A stretch of 64,000 nt of DNA. Origin: the human T2T-CHM13v2.0 reference genome, Homo sapiens. Of this stretch, positions 57,842-64,000 are shown in pieces. Where the stretch lies: assembly GCF_009914755.1 (NCBI RefSeq), contig NC_060940.1. One strand, 5' to 3'. The position numbers and the translations under genes were made by a program. The stretch's first letter is position 1. Every line of letters starts with the position of its first letter. The notes beneath the pieces are model-generated. The model did no database searches. It was not told the DNA's origin and saw only the letters and a program-made list of their open reading frames with translations.

Positions 57842-58847
57842 AAAGTATGTAGGTTTAGGCACAACTGTGGCAGCCTGCCTCTTGGCAGATAAATCTGCTC
57901 ATATTACTAGTGCCAAAAGTTGGAGACAGGCTGGCCAATTAAATAAAGGGAAGAGCCAACAAGATTAAAACAGGGTCTGGACCCTGGCCTAACCCAGGAC
58001 AGATCTGGCCACATCTTTGGGCTCCCAGTTAGGGTGACACTCCTTCCCAATTTTGCATGTTACATCAGCATAATATAATGTCCCTTTGCATTCTGAAAGC
58101 TGCTTTTGTTTGTACTCTGAATTCTATGGTCATCCTAACTTGGGCCCAGTTTGGGATAGGACTCTTTATTGGAGCTAACCCCTGCTTCTTGGTTTTCATT
58201 TGTGACTTAGCAGCTTGCTTTGGAGAAACAACTTTGAAGCAGAAGGTTGTGACTAAGAAACAGGGCTGGGGTCAGTATCACTCCCCAGGATATTGTGGGT
58301 GAGCAACTGTTTGTCCAGAGAGACTGGGTAGTTGAAAGGATTGCTGAGCAGCCCAGCCAGGAGAACCTGGTTGCTGGCTCACGGAAAGAAGGGCTAGGAG
58401 ACCCCTTGCTTTCCTCATCCTAAGCTCCAGTTGGGCAGGAGTGGGGGCTGTTCTCACATTCTTTCTGATATTTTGAGCATGAGCTCTGTTCCACACTGCT
58501 AGCCTGTGGCAACCAGGCAGCAAGATGAAACTCTGCTGCGTCCCCCAGCCCATAAAGCCTGTCTCTGCTGCACAGTGAAAATTACAGGCTGATATTACAG
58601 GTTGTATGATAGGGAAGTAGCCGGAGGTTCCTAATACAATCAGAGTTCAGGTAGCTTTATTGAGAATTGTGAAATGAAACTGCATTACCCATGTGCCCAA
58701 ATTTGAACAAGAAAACTCCCCATCCCACAAAAAAACAAAAACAATAACTGAAAGTATGTTTTTCTTCTTCTTCTTCTTCTTTGTAGAATTATTGTAGCAA
58801 GCTATATCTAGGAGCCCAGAATCTTTTTCCCACTTAAAGAGAAAGCA

Positions 58848-59273
<426 letters not shown>

Positions 59274-59459
59274 CTAGGGGATAAAACAGACACCTCAAGG
59301 GATTTGGGGAACAACATGGAGACCCAGAGCCCGGGACTCTGAATTCACACACAGCCGTAACTGCAGCATCTCCACATTAGTCATTGGAGATACTGATAAT
59401 CTGGATATGAGTTTGCTAGAAAACCATTTTTCGTTTTACTGCTTTTTAAAGGTTGTTTT

Positions 59460-59960
59460 TATTAGGGCAAAACTCAACTATGGTAGAAAACAGGAGAAAA
59501 TTGGATTTGAGGGGTAGAGGCAGAGATAGTCTGGGAAGGGGTATGAGAGAACCTTCTGGAGTGAGTAAATGCTCTGTAGCTTAAGAGGGTTTGGGTATAT
59601 GCATTTGTCAAAATTAGTTCAACAGTACACTTAAAATTGGTGCATTTTACTCTATATAAATTTAATCTCAGAAGAAAAATAACTGTAAACCCAAAGACTG
59701 AACTCTAGTTAATAAAATGCATGCTGCAGTATTTAGGGGAAAGTGTACTGATGCCTGTAATTTACACTAAAATGTCCCAAAACAAAGACATCCTGGTGGA
59801 TCTGTACAGAGAGAAATGGATAGATGGATAGATATGTAATAAACAAGTACCTTCAAATGTCAGTGGTAGAATCTAGGCTGTGGAAATACTCATGTTCACT
59901 TTAAATGTTTTGCATTTTTCTGTACGTTTGAAATTTTTTGTATTAAAATATCGAGAGAAA
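59460..59960 (+). mobile_element. Old L1 (L1MC/ME) 3'UTR
   Basis: 'ctgggaaggggtatgagagaaccttctgg', 'tatttaggggaaagtgtactgatg'. Confidence 0.75.
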
Positions 59961-59977
59961 ATGTTACATTTATTAGA

Positions 59978-60155
59978 TCAGTACTTCCCAAGCTTTGCCG
60001 ATTAGAATCTCCTGCAATATTTGTTTTAAAAATACAAATTCCTAGCACCTCTTCTTGCAGATTCAGGTTCAGTAGAGCTGGGGCAGGCTATCTGCATTTT
60101 TATCGAGCCTTCCCCAGGGAATATGAGGATGAGGAAGGTCTGGAAACACTGGGTT
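59978..60155. mobile_element. MER5-family hAT element
   Basis: 'cagtacttcccaagc...attagaatctcctg...ggtctggaaacactg'. Confidence 0.7.
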
Positions 60156-60974
60156 ATGTTAACCTGCCCCCAGAGAAACTGATGTTGGATGGAAGGAAGA
60201 AATACAATTCAGTGAACGCTGAGAGTGGGAACAGCTTCACATACAGATCAGACTCAGGCATGGCACCAGGAACCTCAGGTTGAACAAACTCCTTGCATGA
60301 CTATGAAGTTCAAGAAGTTGTGAGAATCATCAATTTTGGAAACATCTGCCACAAGAGAGAAAATCTCAGCCCAACTCTGGCTGGTCACGTTCCTAAAATT
60401 CCCCGAAATGTTGAGTAAGCCGTAAGTTAGGGGAGAGAATGCACCAGCAAGTCCACAGTCTTCTTTGTGCAGGTTTGGTGCTGGCTGTTGCAAGGCGGTG
60501 TCTTTTGCTTCCTCTTGGGCCCTCCTAAGGCCTAGAACTTACAGTACAAATTACCCAAGACTGGGTGAGGGAGACAATTTACCCCTCATGCTTTCACTGC
60601 CCACAACCTACTGAATGAGATCACTTAGTAACTCCCACTCAAATCCGGTATTGTGCTGTGAGATGGGGCAGGAGAGAGGACTTGCAAAGACAGATGAGTC
60701 TCAGTGGCTGCCTTCAGAGACAAATGAGCCCAGTGGTGGGCAGGGCAGGACAGCCAGTACCAAGTGGGTCCAGACAAGAGGGGAGTTGGTAAGAGCTAGG
60801 GCACCCATGGGACCTCCTGAAAGACTGCAGACTCCAAATGGGCTCAGAGAGTCGGGACAGATTTCTTTACAGCAGAGCAAAGAAAAGTAGCAATAATGCC
60901 AGCCACAAAGGGGCATGTGATGCCTGGTATCATTATACAAACCCAAGCATACATAAAACGGTAATCTATGTCAG

Positions 60975-61049
60975 CATTAATGAGTGAAGTATAAAAATAT
61001 GCAAGGGAGAAACATTAATGAGTGAAATATAAAAATATGCAAGGGAGAA
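60975..61049. repeat. 38-bp tandem duplication
   Basis: cattaatgagtgaa(g/a)tataaaaatatgcaagggagaa twice, one mismatch. Confidence 0.95.
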
Positions 61050-61508
61050 CAACGTCAACAAAAAGTGCCTCTGGGGAGGAAGGGGGCACTGGGAGGAAGG
61101 CCGCAAAGGAAAGGGCCCTCGGCTGTATCTGTGCCAATTTATTTCCCAGGAGGTGGAAGACAAAGAGTAAAAGGGTCAGAGAGGTGATGTGACCCTGGTC
61201 TTTGCATTTTATTCTCCCCTTGAGACACTTGATGAGTAATTTCCACATCCCTGATTTTGGTAAACCCTGACAAAATAGAAAACTGAAGCACAACTCTGTA
61301 ATCCCACAGCCAACCTTGTGGCCTGGTAAACGAATTCTCGGCTCCCAGTGCCCTAATGGAAACTCTCTCCCTCCTTTCTGACTCAAGCATGTCTTTGCTA
61401 TCACAAGGGATGCAAGAGGCAGGGGTGCTACAGGTATGTTTGCATCAGCTCTAAATAATAATAATAATAAAAGAAGTCTAAACTTACCTTCTATTGAGCT
61501 TAGACAGG

Positions 61509-61558
61509 GTTGGGTTCTCTCACCAGATGTTGGGTTCTCTCACCAGATGTTGGGTTCT
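61509..61558. repeat. 20-bp tandem repeat, ~2.5 perfect copies
   Basis: gttgggttctctcaccagat repeated. Confidence 0.95.
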
Positions 61559-61837
61559 AGAGACTAAGGTAAAAATCAAGTGAAGTCCAAATAACTCTTG
61601 AATATAGCTTAAATCACCCACTAAATCCAAGGTTCCACGTCATGTGGGAATAGGCACAAAATAGAGGGTGGCACTTCTCAGCTGGTGTTTCAGACAATGT
61701 GTAGTTTGGAGGTGGAATCCCACTCCTAGTGGCAAGAGGCATTTTGAAATTCTGGCGACTGAGGAGCACCCCAGGCATGCCCCTCGTTTCATGCTCATTC
61801 ACTCCTGAGCAGAATCACAGAAACCATTCAAATTGCT

Positions 61838-64000
<2,163 letters not shown>

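Overview
Primate, most likely human, non-coding DNA (intergenic or deep intronic). An Alu carrying the six AluYg6 diagnostic bases supports human origin. I find no protein-coding exon, RNA gene, CpG island or CRISPR array, and I cannot name the locus. Much of the window is transposon-derived: about 12 Alus, L1 fragments of several ages (including an L1PA2/3-type element running off the right edge), L2/MIR/L3 relics, MaLR and ERVL LTRs, hAT/Tigger DNA elements, and a decayed two-LTR ERVL provirus (~28.4-35.25 kb, minus strand) with recognisable gag, protease, RT and integrase remnants. Most tracked ORFs are repeat artefacts. Structure not explained by ordinary repeat annotation: (1) a ~600 bp 21/18-bp minisatellite inside an MLT1 LTR whose unit carries a C/EBP-ATF (CARE)-like motif and an E-box; (2) a ~210 bp, ~90% identical non-Alu inverted repeat (51961-52172 / 53610-53817) overlapping splice-site-like signals; (3) a 97 bp, 95% identical inverted duplication (46100-46196 / 46898-46994); (4) an old ~500 bp direct duplication with an L1 in only one copy; (5) several motif-dense unique stretches that may be enhancers. 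No novel biological system can be established from sequence alone. Repeat subfamily names come from recalled consensus sequences and many boundaries are approximate.
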